Source: Cyanobacteria bacterium P01_A01_bin.123
GTDB taxonomy: Bacteria; Cyanobacteriota; Cyanobacteriia; Phormidesmidales; Phormidesmidaceae
Direction of reading: 5' to 3'
Length of the DNA: 64,000 bases
Assembly (NCBI GenBank): GCA_039815185.1
Contig: JBCBZT010000008.1
Location: 32,001-96,000, forward strand
Shown here one piece after another: positions 46,009 through 56,357 of the stretch. Made by a program: the position numbers and the translations under genes. Below the pieces are notes generated by a model that was not told the DNA's origin, did no database searches, and saw only the letters and a list, made by a program, of their open reading frames with translations. How positions within the stretch are numbered: the stretch's first letter is position 1; each line of letters opens with the position of its first letter.

Positions 46009-46710
46009 ATGATTTGGATAGTCATAGGAGTTGTCATTCTTGTTGTGGTCGCAGCTGTTTTAGTCAAGCTGTCTCAAGGAAATAAAACAAAATCACAAGA
46101 ACATAAGACAAAATCAATAGATTATCCTTATCAGCAGTTAGAAGCGTTATTTACTCCTGCTGAGCGTTCCTTCCTCCGTGTTCTTAATCGAGCCATTGGC
46201 GAAAGGGCCAAAATTTTTGGCAAGATTAGAGTTGCAGATATCATCACACCCCAAAAAGGACTTTCTCAAAGTGATTGGCAAAAAGCATTCAATAAAATAT
46301 CGAGCAAGCACTTAGACTTTGTGGTCTGTAAAAATCATGATTTATCTGTCATTTGTGCTATTGAATTAGACGATAAGTCTCATCAGCAGAAAAAACGACA
46401 GGATAGAGATTATTTTCTAAATAAAGCCTGTAATAGTGCAGGTCTTCCGTTAATACGAGTAGCTGTAAAGCCAGATTACACTGTTGATGACATCAAGCGA
46501 CTCCTAGCATCGTATCTAAACTTTAAAGAACCACCGCCTCAAACATCAAAGGTTGTGCCAAGAGTATTGGCAGCCAACGAGAAAATATGTCCTCAGTGTG
46601 GATCACCTATGGTGGCGCGTGTCGCGCAACGGGGTAGCAACGCGGGTAAGTCTTTCTGGGGTTGTAGTGCCTATCCGAAGTGCAAGCATACTGAGGCGGT
46701 TACTACCTAA
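46009..46710 (+). CDS. DUF2726 protein with N-terminal TM and C-terminal topoisomerase-type C4 zinc ribbon
   Basis: LFTPAERSFL, KIRVADII, KHLDFVVC, AIELDDKSH, RDYF; CPQCGSPMVAR...FWGCSAYPKC. Confidence 0.9.
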   Translation: MIWIVIGVVILVVVAAVLVKLSQGNKTKSQEHKTKSIDYPYQQLEALFTPAERSFLRVLNRAIGERAKIFGKIRVADIITPQKGLSQSDWQKAFNKISSKHLDFVVCKNHDLSVICAIELDDKSHQQKKRQDRDYFLNKACNSAGLPLIRVAVKPDYTVDDIKRLLASYLNFKEPPPQTSKVVPRVLAANEKICPQCGSPMVARVAQRGSNAGKSFWGCSAYPKCKHTEAVTT

Positions 46711-46898
46711 TTGAATTATCAACTGGCGTTATATGCAGTCCTCCTAGTCACCCGCAATAACGATGTCCATCCCACAAGGGATGCAGAGACTCTTATTCAG
46801 GGTAAGCAACTGGACTTGATATTACATCCAATTTGCTCCTTAAAATGTCGTCTCCCCTTAAACAAGGAAGACGACAAATCAAGTTACGCAGTGGTGGT

Positions 46899-49800
46899 TT
46901 AACCTTCACTGATGGCCTTATCTGGCTTGGGAGGCCCACCCAGATAGCGATCGCTGAGTTGCTTCACCACCACATAGAGAATCGGCACCACAAACAAACT
47001 CAAAAACGTCGCCACAAACATGCCGCCAAAGACCGCCGTCCCAAGGGATTGACGACTCCCCGCCCCGGCTCCAGTTGCCGTCACCAGCGGGAAGATACCG
47101 CTAAGGGTGGAAATCGCCGTCATCAAAATCGGACGCATCCGCTGCTGGGCTGCTTCAAAGGCGGCTTTGGTCACCGACAGCCCCTGCTCGACTCGAAACT
47201 GGTTGGCTAACTCCACAATCAAAATGGAGTTTTTACTGGCCAAACCAATCAGCATCACCAAACCAATCTGGCAGTACACATCGTTAGGCAAACCGCGAAT
47301 GGTTTGGGCCAGCAGCGCCCCTAGCACCGCCAAAGGCACCGCAAACAAAATGATCACCGGGTCAATGTAGCTTTCGTACTGGGCCGCCAGCACTAAAAAC
47401 ACAAACACCAGCCCCAGGCCAAAGATGATCGGCGCTTGGTTGCCCGACTCAATTTCTTCTAGAGACGTACCTGACCACTCATAGCCCAAGCTGGGGGGCA
47501 AGACTTGATCGGCGACTTGTTCCATCGCTTGCAACGCCACTCCAGAACTGACCCCCGGTGCTGGCACACCGTTGACTTCAATCGAACGGTAGAGGTTGTA
47601 ATGGTTGATGGTTTGCGCCCCGACGGTGTCCGTTAGGGTGACCAAATTCGCCATGGGAATCATGTCTCCTGTCTGCGATCGCACGTAAAGCTTCCCAATA
47701 TCGCCTGGATCATTACGATAGGGTTCGTCCGCTTGCACATAGACTCGATAGGTGCGCTGGCCCTGGTTGTAGTCATTGACATAGCGAGACCCCAGGTAAG
47801 TTTGTAGGGTGCTAAAGATGTCATTAACATTGACATTCAGCGACTTAGCGCGATCGCGATTCACCTCAATCTGAATTTGGGGTGTACTGGCCGCATAGGT
47901 GCTAAACACAGCTTGAAGCTGGGGGTTTTGGTTAGCTGCCCCCAACAGCGCTCCCATATTTCCGACTAGCGTATCCAGGCTCAAATCGCCCTGGCGATCT
48001 TGGAGTTGAAACTGAAAGCCACCAAAGCTTCCTAGCCCCTGAATCGGGGGTGGATTGACGGGAAACACATTGGCTTCAGTAATTTGTGACACTGCGCCAA
48101 AGGTTTGACCAATCAACTGCCCAGCCGTTACATCGCGCTCATCCCAAGGCGTTAGGGTCGAGAAAATGACGCCGCTATTGGCTGTATTGCCGCTAAATCC
48201 AAAACCACCCACGGCGAAAGTCGCACGAATCCCCGGTTGTTCCAGAATGATGTCTTCTACCTGGTCGATCACATCGCTGGTGTACTGTAACGACGAGCCC
48301 TCAGGGGCCTGCACAACCGTAATAAAATAACCCTGGTCTTCATCAGGTAAAAATGCCGAGGGGACAAAATTATAAAGCCACGCCGTGAAGACTAGCAGAG
48401 CTACAAACACAGCCAATACTACGGGCTTGATGTAGTTGAGCAGGTCAAGGGTGCCTCTGTAGTGCGATCGCGCCCAGTCTAAAACTTGGTTAAAGCGATC
48501 AAACAGCCCCCCTAGCCAGCCGGAGTTGGGGGGACGCTGCCGCAGTAACAACCCGGACAAAGTTGGCGTTAGGGTCAGCGCCATCAGGGTAGAGAGCACA
48601 ATGGCAAAGGCAATGGTGAGGGCAAACTGGCGATAGAGTGCCCCTGTCGTACCCGGGAAAAATGCCACCGGCACGAACACCGCCAACAGCACCAAAGAGG
48701 TGGCAATGACTGCCCCAGTCAACTGCCGCATCGCCAAAATCGCCGCATCTACCGGACGCATGCCTTCATCTTGGATTTTGCGGGCAATATCTTCGACTAC
48801 GACAATGGCGTCGTCAACCACCATACCTGTCGCCAACGTTAGACCAAACAGGGTCAAACTGTTGATCGAAAAACCAAACAGGTTAATGATCGCAAAGGTC
48901 CCAATCAGCGCCACCGGAATCGTGATTGCCGGAATCACTGTGGTGCGCCAATCTTGCAAAAAGATATAGATCACCAACACCACTAGGGCCACCGCCTGCA
49001 CCAGCGCCCGGACAACCTCTACCAAAGACTGTTCAACAAACTCGGTGGTGTCAAAACCAATGCCATACTTCATGCCCGGCGGAAAATTTTCGGACAACTC
49101 AGCCATGGTGGCTTTCACTCCCTGGGCTACGTCTAGCGCATTACTCCCCGGTAGCTGGAAAATCCCAATGCCAATCGCCTCGTTACCGCTAAATCGCAAA
49201 AATGTCCCGTAGTTGTCTGCCCCTAGCTCGACCCGACCCACATCTTTGAGTTTGGTCAAAGTACCCGTTTCGCTGGTGCGGAGAACCAGGTCTTCAAACC
49301 CTGAGAGATCTTCGATACGGCTCACGGCTCGCAGGTCAATTTGATATTGCTGGTCGGTTGAAATCGGCGGACGACCAATTTGCCCTGCCCCGACCTGCAC
49401 ATTTTGCTCTTGCAAAGCAACGACCACATCATCTGCAGTCAGGTTACGGCGAGCTAGGCGCTGGGGATCCAACCACAGCCGCACAGCGTAGGTTCGTTCT
49501 CCAAAGATCACCACATTACCGACGCCGTTGACCCGCCTTAGAGAGTCAGCGATATACAAATCGGTGTAGTTACTTAGAAAAATGTCGTCATATTCATCAT
49601 TCTCGGTGTAGACGCTCATCCCCAGCAAGATATTGCTGGTCTCCTTGGTCACCGTTACCCCAGTCTGCCGCACCGATTCTGGTAGTTGAGGTTCGGCGGT
49701 GGAGATGCGATTTTGAACGTCTACCGCTGCAATATCTTTGTCTCGGCTGGAGTCAAAGGTGACAATAATCTGACTCTCCCCAGTGTTAGAGCTGTTGGAG

Positions 49801-50039
49801 GTCATGTAGCGCATACCCTCCACACCATTAATGGCCCGTTCTAGCAGGGTAGTCACCCCTTTTTCGACGGTTTGGGCATCAGCCCCCGTGTAATTAGCCC
49901 GGACGCTCACCTGAGTTGGCGCAATGTCAGGAAACTGAGCAATCGGCAGGGTAGGAATGCTAATCAGGCCAACCAACAGCACAATTAGGGCGAAAACTGT
50001 GGCAAAAACTGGGCGCTTGATGAAAAAGTTGACAAACAT
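46899..50039 (-). CDS. RND efflux transporter permease (HAE1/AcrB family)
   Basis: FFIKRPVFA, LPIAQFPDIAP, GMVVDDAIVVVE, GLASKNSILIVE, RMRPILMT. Confidence 0.96.
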   Translation of the reverse strand: MFVNFFIKRPVFATVFALIVLLVGLISIPTLPIAQFPDIAPTQVSVRANYTGADAQTVEKGVTTLLERAINGVEGMRYMTSNSSNTGESQIIVTFDSSRDKDIAAVDVQNRISTAEPQLPESVRQTGVTVTKETSNILLGMSVYTENDEYDDIFLSNYTDLYIADSLRRVNGVGNVVIFGERTYAVRLWLDPQRLARRNLTADDVVVALQEQNVQVGAGQIGRPPISTDQQYQIDLRAVSRIEDLSGFEDLVLRTSETGTLTKLKDVGRVELGADNYGTFLRFSGNEAIGIGIFQLPGSNALDVAQGVKATMAELSENFPPGMKYGIGFDTTEFVEQSLVEVVRALVQAVALVVLVIYIFLQDWRTTVIPAITIPVALIGTFAIINLFGFSINSLTLFGLTLATGMVVDDAIVVVEDIARKIQDEGMRPVDAAILAMRQLTGAVIATSLVLLAVFVPVAFFPGTTGALYRQFALTIAFAIVLSTLMALTLTPTLSGLLLRQRPPNSGWLGGLFDRFNQVLDWARSHYRGTLDLLNYIKPVVLAVFVALLVFTAWLYNFVPSAFLPDEDQGYFITVVQAPEGSSLQYTSDVIDQVEDIILEQPGIRATFAVGGFGFSGNTANSGVIFSTLTPWDERDVTAGQLIGQTFGAVSQITEANVFPVNPPPIQGLGSFGGFQFQLQDRQGDLSLDTLVGNMGALLGAANQNPQLQAVFSTYAASTPQIQIEVNRDRAKSLNVNVNDIFSTLQTYLGSRYVNDYNQGQRTYRVYVQADEPYRNDPGDIGKLYVRSQTGDMIPMANLVTLTDTVGAQTINHYNLYRSIEVNGVPAPGVSSGVALQAMEQVADQVLPPSLGYEWSGTSLEEIESGNQAPIIFGLGLVFVFLVLAAQYESYIDPVIILFAVPLAVLGALLAQTIRGLPNDVYCQIGLVMLIGLASKNSILIVELANQFRVEQGLSVTKAAFEAAQQRMRPILMTAISTLSGIFPLVTATGAGAGSRQSLGTAVFGGMFVATFLSLFVVPILYVVVKQLSDRYLGGPPKPDKAISEG

Positions 50040-50101
50040 AGGCGCAACTCAATCTGGAGGGGCGGAGGGCACAGGCATAAAGGAATAGATGACTGCCAAG
50101 T

Positions 50102-51517
50102 TTAAGGGGCAGACTGGGGCGCTTCAGCCTCATCGGACTGAGGAACAACCGGGGTACCGTCTTGGAGGTTAAGGATGCCAGAGATCACGATCGTTTCTCC
50201 CAGCAACAGTCCCTCTAACACGGGGTACTCATTGTCTTGAATTTGGCCAAGCTGCACTGGACGCAGTTTAGCCACTTGCATTGGGCCAGCAGCTGGGTCG
50301 CCGCCACCCGGCGGTGGAGCACCGTTGCCAGCTTCCTCTGAGGCAGACTCGTCGGCTTCTTCGACAGTGTAGACAAAGGTTTGCCCCCCCAATCGGGTGA
50401 TCGCCGACGTGGGCACCAAAATCCCAGGGCGACGCTCCCAGATAATCCGAGCTTCTACGCGCTGAGCGTCTTGCAGCCGTCCAGCCAAATTCGTAAAGCG
50501 TGCCTTGGTCAGCACCATTTGAGTGTCGGCATCGGTTTGGGGTGAAATAAAGGTAATGCTGCCCGTGGCCACAGCTTCATCGGTATCTGACCGAATCAGT
50601 TCTACGGGTAAACCCGGCTGCAACTGATCCGCCTGCTCAATCGGCACGTCGATTTCGAGCTCCAACACCTCGTTTTGCACGATGGTGGTGATTAGGGTGC
50701 TGGTTTCAACATAATCTCCCAACTTCACTGGAATATCACCGACGATGCCGTCAATCGGGGCCGTCACCGTCCGTTCTTGTAAATCCTGGCGAGTAGCATT
50801 AGCATTGGCTTCAGCCTGGGCTAGGGAGGCATTGGACTGATTCAGAGAGGCGCGGGCCGCTTCAATTTCCTGTTGTGCTGATTGCAGACTAGCGCGGGCT
50901 GCTTCGCGATCGCGGACAGCAATATCTAACTCTTGGTCAGCTAGGGCTCCCGCTTCCACCAATGCGGCAGTGCGGCGGTATTCTTCTTCCTGCAGCGCGA
51001 CCTCTGCGATCAACTCAGCCTCTCGAGCTTCCAGCGAGCGTAAGTTGGCAGCACTACTGTCGCGAGCAGCACGACTAACATTGACATTGGCTTGGGCCGC
51101 ACTAAATTCAGCCTGGGTGCGATCGGGGTTGATTTGCACAATTGGCGTGCCTGCCGTCACGCGATCGCCCGACGACACAAACACCTGCGTGACTCGGCCC
51201 GACACCTCTGGCTGCAGGGCCACACCTGTTTGGGCTTCTAAAGCCCCCAAATACTCGTCACTGTCTTCAATTGTGCCTGTCTGCACCTGCCGCAGTTGCA
51301 CAGGCACACCCTGCCCCATCGGGGGCCCAGGCGGTGGACCCTTTGGCCCAAACAATCGCCACAAGATAAAGCCACCCCCCAACAGCACGAACACCCCAAA
51401 CAGTGCCCACAGCAGCCGTTGCCAAGGGGGAGACGAACGGTGACGAGCTGCAGAAGCGCTAAAGGCAACAGACGTAGCGTCAGGGGCAGACGCGGCCTGG
51501 AAATCGGAAGATGACAT
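50102..51517 (-). CDS. RND periplasmic adaptor (membrane fusion protein)
   Basis: TM WALFGVFVLLGGGFILW, PEVSGRVTQVFV, coiled coil, TAPIDGIVG, LVPTSAI; ATG 51517 preferred. Confidence 0.92.
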   Translation of the reverse strand: MSSSDFQAASAPDATSVAFSASAARHRSSPPWQRLLWALFGVFVLLGGGFILWRLFGPKGPPPGPPMGQGVPVQLRQVQTGTIEDSDEYLGALEAQTGVALQPEVSGRVTQVFVSSGDRVTAGTPIVQINPDRTQAEFSAAQANVNVSRAARDSSAANLRSLEAREAELIAEVALQEEEYRRTAALVEAGALADQELDIAVRDREAARASLQSAQQEIEAARASLNQSNASLAQAEANANATRQDLQERTVTAPIDGIVGDIPVKLGDYVETSTLITTIVQNEVLELEIDVPIEQADQLQPGLPVELIRSDTDEAVATGSITFISPQTDADTQMVLTKARFTNLAGRLQDAQRVEARIIWERRPGILVPTSAITRLGGQTFVYTVEEADESASEEAGNGAPPPGGGDPAAGPMQVAKLRPVQLGQIQDNEYPVLEGLLLGETIVISGILNLQDGTPVVPQSDEAEAPQSAP

Positions 51518-51749
51518 AGTGATAGCTGGCGTAGACGATGGGCTGAAGTCGCCTAAGAAGCGAGGAAGCACAAACCTGCAGGAAACAACCTCAGCAGTAA
51601 GCAACCATATTAGTATGGCACCTTATTAAAAAAGGCAAGTAGATATAGTACATATGTTCAACATTGAGGCTATCCAAAAAGTGATTGGCCTCTATCTCCT
51701 GGATTTTAGATTTTGGATTTCAGATTGCTAAGCATCTGTCCCAATATCC

Positions 51750-52277
51750 CTATCCCCCAGCCTCTGTCAACCCCAATGCCCCGTCCCTCAGCTTTTGCAA
51801 TAGGGTTTGGAATTGAACTTTCTCATCTTCGCTCAGGGCTTGCAGCAAATCAGTTGTCAGTCGAAAGTGGCGGGGCAACATTTGATCAAGCAGGGTCGTC
51901 CCTTGAGCGGTCAAGACAATAATCAACCGCCTGCGATCGTCAGGATGAGTTTTGCGCTCAACCCACCCTTCCCGGGTCAGGCCATCCAACAGCCCAGTCA
52001 CCGTTGCTCGGGTTATCCCAGCCAGGTCAGCGCAGTCTGAAGGGGTTAACCCCCCTGTTTCTGAGCTAAACAGCAGCATCAAGAGGGTAAACTTCCCCAT
52101 CGATAACTCATGGTCAGCAAAGTGGTTGTCTAAGACGGTATACACGCTTGTAGCCGTGCGTAAAAAGGCACAGCACGTCTCAACGGCAGCAATATCTAAT
52201 TCTGGATATCGCCGTGCCAGGGCCAACAGGGCCTCATATTTGGGGGGATCTTTTAGCGTGAATCGTTGGGACACCAT
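51750..52277 (-). CDS. MarR family transcriptional regulator
   Basis: LTPSDCADLAGITRATVTGLLDGLTREGWVER..HPDDRRR..LTAQG; upstream of the RND pump. Confidence 0.93.
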   Translation of the reverse strand: MVSQRFTLKDPPKYEALLALARRYPELDIAAVETCCAFLRTATSVYTVLDNHFADHELSMGKFTLLMLLFSSETGGLTPSDCADLAGITRATVTGLLDGLTREGWVERKTHPDDRRRLIIVLTAQGTTLLDQMLPRHFRLTTDLLQALSEDEKVQFQTLLQKLRDGALGLTEAGG

Positions 52278-52634
52278 TCATCGTCACATGAATTAATTTA
52301 ATAGGTGGCTTTGATTATAAGGCGGCGAATGATTTAGAACCATCCATAATAGGGTTAATATTGCGGCCCAGAACTTGCAGGGATAGGATGTACCATCCTG
52401 ATCAAAAGGTTGGCTCAAGAGCCCAGGTGCCCCTACTAGCAATGCAGCCAGTGGCAAAGAACTGTTCAGCCTTGGATTTGATGAATCGGTTTATCAAATT
52501 CCTAAAATTGCCCAAATTGGTTAATAAAGAATTGTCAATTAATTTAATCTACTAGCCAGGGTGCACTCAGATTTCCCTCAGCTTTATCCATCACAGTAAA
52601 GTCAGTGAACTTTGCATTCCCTGGAGTGATAACG

Positions 52635-53051
52635 ATGGTTAACGCAACTCAACTCGGTGGGCGAATTCCTTTGGCCCTATTGACGCTGCGCCTCAGCGTG
52701 TTTTTGGTGATGTTTATGTGGGTTCTCGATAAATTTGTTAAACCAGAGCACGCCAGCCAGGTGTTTGGATTTTTCTACGGTATTAATGGCTTGGGTAACA
52801 CTGTTGTGTATGGCATTGGCGTGGTGCAACTGCTGATTGTGCTGGGCTTTGTGCTGGGCGCTCGCAAATCCATCACCTATGCCTTGGTGTTGGCAATGCA
52901 TGGTCTATCGACGATCATTTCTTTTCGGCAGTATTTCGATCCATTTACCTCACCCAATCTGCTGTTCTTTGCCGCTTGGCCCATGCTAGCCGCCTGTTTT
53001 ACGCTCTACTATCTGCGCGATTACGATAGGCTGTTGACGATTGGTAAATAG
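52635..53051 (+). CDS. DoxX-like four-TM membrane protein
   Basis: LRLSVFLVMFMWVLDKFVKPEHA, PNLLFFAAWPMLAA; ATG 52635 after GGAG. Confidence 0.75.
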   Translation: MVNATQLGGRIPLALLTLRLSVFLVMFMWVLDKFVKPEHASQVFGFFYGINGLGNTVVYGIGVVQLLIVLGFVLGARKSITYALVLAMHGLSTIISFRQYFDPFTSPNLLFFAAWPMLAACFTLYYLRDYDRLLTIGK

Positions 53052-53062
53052 ATTATTTCCCT

Positions 53063-53722
53063 TTGCTGTTGAATCCGCTGCCTCGCTACAAGGCTAAACA
53101 AGTCCGTGTTGACGGACGCCGTCTGTATCAAATTGAAGGTCATCACTATCCTGGGGTGACAACAATCTTGTCTGCCACCAAGCCACCCGAGGCGAAGCAA
53201 GCCCTCTATCAATGGCGGCAGCGGGTGGGCACAGCAGAAGCCAATCGGATTACCGCGAAGGCAACCTCATCAGGCACGAAAATACACAAGCATATCGAGG
53301 CGTTTCTGAATGGCGATCCGGTGCCCGATGAGCTGGCAGAAAACGGGTTTTGGCAATCTATCAAACCCGTCTTGGCTAAAGTTGAGGAATCTTTGCTGGT
53401 TGAAGGTGCCGTGTGGCACGATCGCGGTTTTGCCGGATTTCCCGATGCGCTAGTGCAGTATGAGGGCAACCTCTGTCTGTGTGACTGGAAGACGGCCCGC
53501 AAACCCAAACGCCCAGAGTGGATTACAGATTATTACTTACAGGTAGCAGCCTATTGCCAAGCCGTGAATCACGTCTATCAAGATTACGGCATTGAGGTAA
53601 AACGAGCACTGGTGGCGATCGCATTAGAAGATGCCCCGGCCCAACTTTTTCCATTAGATTTAGCTGAACTTGACCATCATTGGTTGGGATTTCAAGCAAG
53701 ACTGCGTGCCTACGGTTGGTGA
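53063..53722 (+). CDS. PD-(D/E)XK exonuclease (phage-type / MGME1-like)
   Basis: YPGVTTILSAT, GTKIHKHIE, AGFPDAL...LCDWKT, YYLQVAAY. Confidence 0.85.
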   Translation: MLLNPLPRYKAKQVRVDGRRLYQIEGHHYPGVTTILSATKPPEAKQALYQWRQRVGTAEANRITAKATSSGTKIHKHIEAFLNGDPVPDELAENGFWQSIKPVLAKVEESLLVEGAVWHDRGFAGFPDALVQYEGNLCLCDWKTARKPKRPEWITDYYLQVAAYCQAVNHVYQDYGIEVKRALVAIALEDAPAQLFPLDLAELDHHWLGFQARLRAYGW

Positions 53723-53889
53723 GCTAGACCGGAATTATCCGTATTTGAGTTGGAGTAGTGATATGGCGCTGGCCAGATTGCTTAATGCACCGAGTAGCGC
53801 TGGGATGCTCAACACACAAGCAATCTGGCTCGCCGTAGCGCACAAAGCTTTGTGGCTACAGCTATAAATTACTGCTGCTCCAGATAGAT

Positions 53890-54282
53890 ATGAATCAATC
53901 TCAATCGAAAGTCAATGCAATAAGATGGCGTTTGATGGCGCTGCTTTATCTCGCTATCTTTTTAGTCATCCTGGTACTGGCTTACACCAAAAATCTCCCT
54001 GGTTATTTAAACGCGATTCCGTACTATGACAAGATCGGCCACGTTGTGCTGTACTGTGTGGCAACTTATTTGGGGCACCGAGTCTTGAATTACCGCCATT
54101 GGCGCTGGGGAAAATGGCTCCTGCCATGGTTCCCAATACTGTTCGCCCTGTTTACGCTAGGAGAAGAACTGGTCCAGGGCTTGTCGCCTAATCGCACCCT
54201 CGACAGTTTGGATTTATTATTTAGCGGTATTGGGATAGTTTTGGGCTACGGATTGGCTCAGCGATCGCGCCAGGTGAGCTAG
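53890..54282 (+). CDS. VanZ-like membrane protein
   Basis: DKIGHVVLY, EELVQGLSPNRTLDSLDL. Confidence 0.85.
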   Translation: MNQSQSKVNAIRWRLMALLYLAIFLVILVLAYTKNLPGYLNAIPYYDKIGHVVLYCVATYLGHRVLNYRHWRWGKWLLPWFPILFALFTLGEELVQGLSPNRTLDSLDLLFSGIGIVLGYGLAQRSRQVS

Positions 54283-54293
54283 ACATGCCTATG

Positions 54294-54545
54294 CTACAGT
54301 CCAGCCTTAAGAATCTGCGCTGCACTCAGCCCTAGGTCAGCAAACTTGGGCGATGCCAGCAATCCATCCCCGATAAAACGCTGTTCCTGATATGCTCACA
54401 AAAACATCACGATCGTCTTGTTGATCGGGCTTTCTGTCGGCATCTCAACTAGAATTCCATCCACCAGTTCGTAGCGAGTATCTGTACCGTCGTCATAGTT
54501 GAGATACTCCTCTAGCGTCATGGATTGGTTCGCTGCGATCGCCAT
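54294..54545 (-). pseudogene. Uma2-family endonuclease remnant with large internal deletion
   Basis: Own translation MAIAANQSMTLEEYLNYDDGTDTRYELVDGILVEMPTESPINKTIVMFL* (TGA 54396-54398), then in frame AYQEQRFIGDGLLASPKFADLGLSAAQILKAGL*: N- and C-termini of Uma2 without the PD-(D/E)XK core. Confidence 0.8.
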
Positions 54546-54604
54546 GGAAGTTGCCGACTATCAAGACACTGGTTGGATGATTTTAGGATAACGCAGGGCT
54601 GAAG

Positions 54605-55405
54605 CTAGTCTTTCAACCGTTTCTCGACTAGTAGTTCTGTCGCCCAGCTTTGCTTGTTGTCTGCAAGCGGTGGCATTAATTCACGGCTGTAATCCAAAAC
54701 ATAGTCAAATCCGCCGCGATCGTAGACTGCGTTGAGTAGGGTTTGTATCTCTAGGGCAGCAGGCTCATCTTGGCTGAGTAACGGAATGGGAAAGGTGGGC
54801 AAGGATTGCTGCAAATCGACTAGGTATAGGTCAGCGCTAGGACGGCGATCGCTGGGGCTCACCAAAATTCGATAATCACTGGTAGCGGGTGCATTTAAGA
54901 TCGGCATTGGTTGCCAACCGCGCAGCAAATCGATTTCGACGAGGTGAGTCAAGCTACCTAAAAGCCGCTGACGTTTTTGAAGATAGGTGTTGCGGGCTTC
55001 CCCAGGTCTTTTATTCACGGGTGACAAGATTTCAATCGCGGTGATCACTTTCCCCGTCTGCATTTCACGAATTTCGAGATAGGCTTGCTTGACTTGCTCT
55101 GTCATCGGTAGTGTGACGATCTGAGGCTGATGCGGTGAAACTTCGGAGGCCGCTGTGGTGATTTTGGCCTGGGCAGACTGGCGATGAACAGAGACATCAG
55201 GAATACCGACTAGCAGGGAGTTACCGTTGCCACCAGTCTCTAATTGGTTAACTTCATAGATGCGTTTTTCAATCGCAACCCGATATTTGGGTCTCACCTG
55301 GGGGACTAACGTCTCTGCAATTAGCGTGATTAACCAGTGATGCACCTCCGGCCAGAAGTCAGGATGCTCTAAATAGGGATCCATACCGGGAAAGGGGGAA
55401 GACAT
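54605..55405 (-). CDS. DUF4058 family protein
   Basis: MSSPFPGMDPYLE, AIEILSPVNK, HLVEIDLLR. Confidence 0.9.
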   Translation of the reverse strand: MSSPFPGMDPYLEHPDFWPEVHHWLITLIAETLVPQVRPKYRVAIEKRIYEVNQLETGGNGNSLLVGIPDVSVHRQSAQAKITTAASEVSPHQPQIVTLPMTEQVKQAYLEIREMQTGKVITAIEILSPVNKRPGEARNTYLQKRQRLLGSLTHLVEIDLLRGWQPMPILNAPATSDYRILVSPSDRRPSADLYLVDLQQSLPTFPIPLLSQDEPAALEIQTLLNAVYDRGGFDYVLDYSRELMPPLADNKQSWATELLVEKRLKD

Positions 55406-55536
55406 TGCAATTGGATAGCATCAACACGATGCTTAAATTCTACCCGTAGCCAAACGCCGAGCATTATCAGTCTGCATTGAGTGAGGGTGTAGCCAGAAGC
55501 AGTTGGCAAAAATTCCATTACAGTTACAATCACACC

Positions 55537-56262
55537 TTAAGTGTTAGCCAACCGCTCATAAAGGTCTATAGCGCCAGGTAATTGGGCGTTTGCTTCCAGT
55601 GCTTCTGCACAAGTGCGTCGAGCATCAACTAAGTTGCCAGATGATTCAAGGGCCGTGGCATATGTAAGGATGTCAGCAGGACATTGATAATTACTGGAAT
55701 AAGCTCGTTTTGCAAGTTCGCATGCCTGAGCAGAATCCCCTGACTGTATCAGCAGACTTGCGAGCAAGCGCATCGGTGAGGTTTCAAAGCAGACATAGCT
55801 TGTGACTTTGCCTGCATATAGGTCGAAATAATCTTCAAGTAATTCGCGAGCCTTCTGAGAATTGCCTGCATTAATAAATGCCTCGGCACAGTCAACCCAT
55901 TTCTGTGGGTTGATGCCCATAGTCTTGTCTGAACCGTTGCAGTGTAGGTACAGATCTCTAAGACGATCGTCAGCAGCCTTTTGATGATTACCAAGTGACG
56001 TAAGCGCACACGACCGCCAATAATATGCGCCTGGGAATTCAGAGTTGATTGAAAGCGCGCGATCGAAATCCGCAATGGCATCAGCGTTCCGGCCAAGATT
56101 CAACATCACCATTGCCCGCTCAAAATACGCTTGTGCATTGTTTGGATCGATGGCAATCGCGCGTCTGAGCAAGTTCAGGGCTCCTATGTAATCCTCGACA
56201 TCTGATAAATCAATTGCTGCGTGAACAAGGAGTGTTGAGGTCAACATCACAAGTTTTGACAA
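55537..56262 (-). CDS. TPR protein
   Basis: RAIAIDPNNAQAYFERA, AIADFDRALSINSEFPGAYYWR. Confidence 0.8.
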   Translation of the reverse strand: MSKLVMLTSTLLVHAAIDLSDVEDYIGALNLLRRAIAIDPNNAQAYFERAMVMLNLGRNADAIADFDRALSINSEFPGAYYWRSCALTSLGNHQKAADDRLRDLYLHCNGSDKTMGINPQKWVDCAEAFINAGNSQKARELLEDYFDLYAGKVTSYVCFETSPMRLLASLLIQSGDSAQACELAKRAYSSNYQCPADILTYATALESSGNLVDARRTCAEALEANAQLPGAIDLYERLANT

Positions 56263-56357
56263 ATACCTCTCGATAAATCTGAGCTTTCTTGATGTAGCCC
56301 TTTCCTGGGTTCAAGCAAATGCTTCCCTTCTTATTAGGCATCTTGAGAATTGCTGAG

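Noticed and set aside
51701..51727. Heptamer repeats GATTTTA/GATTTTG/GATTTCA
   Set aside because: Short STRR-type repeat common in filamentous cyanobacteria; only about three degenerate units.
54396..54398. Selenocysteine or readthrough TGA in the Uma2-like ORF
   Set aside because: The TGA sits at a deletion junction and the product would lack the catalytic core; a pseudogene is the simpler reading.
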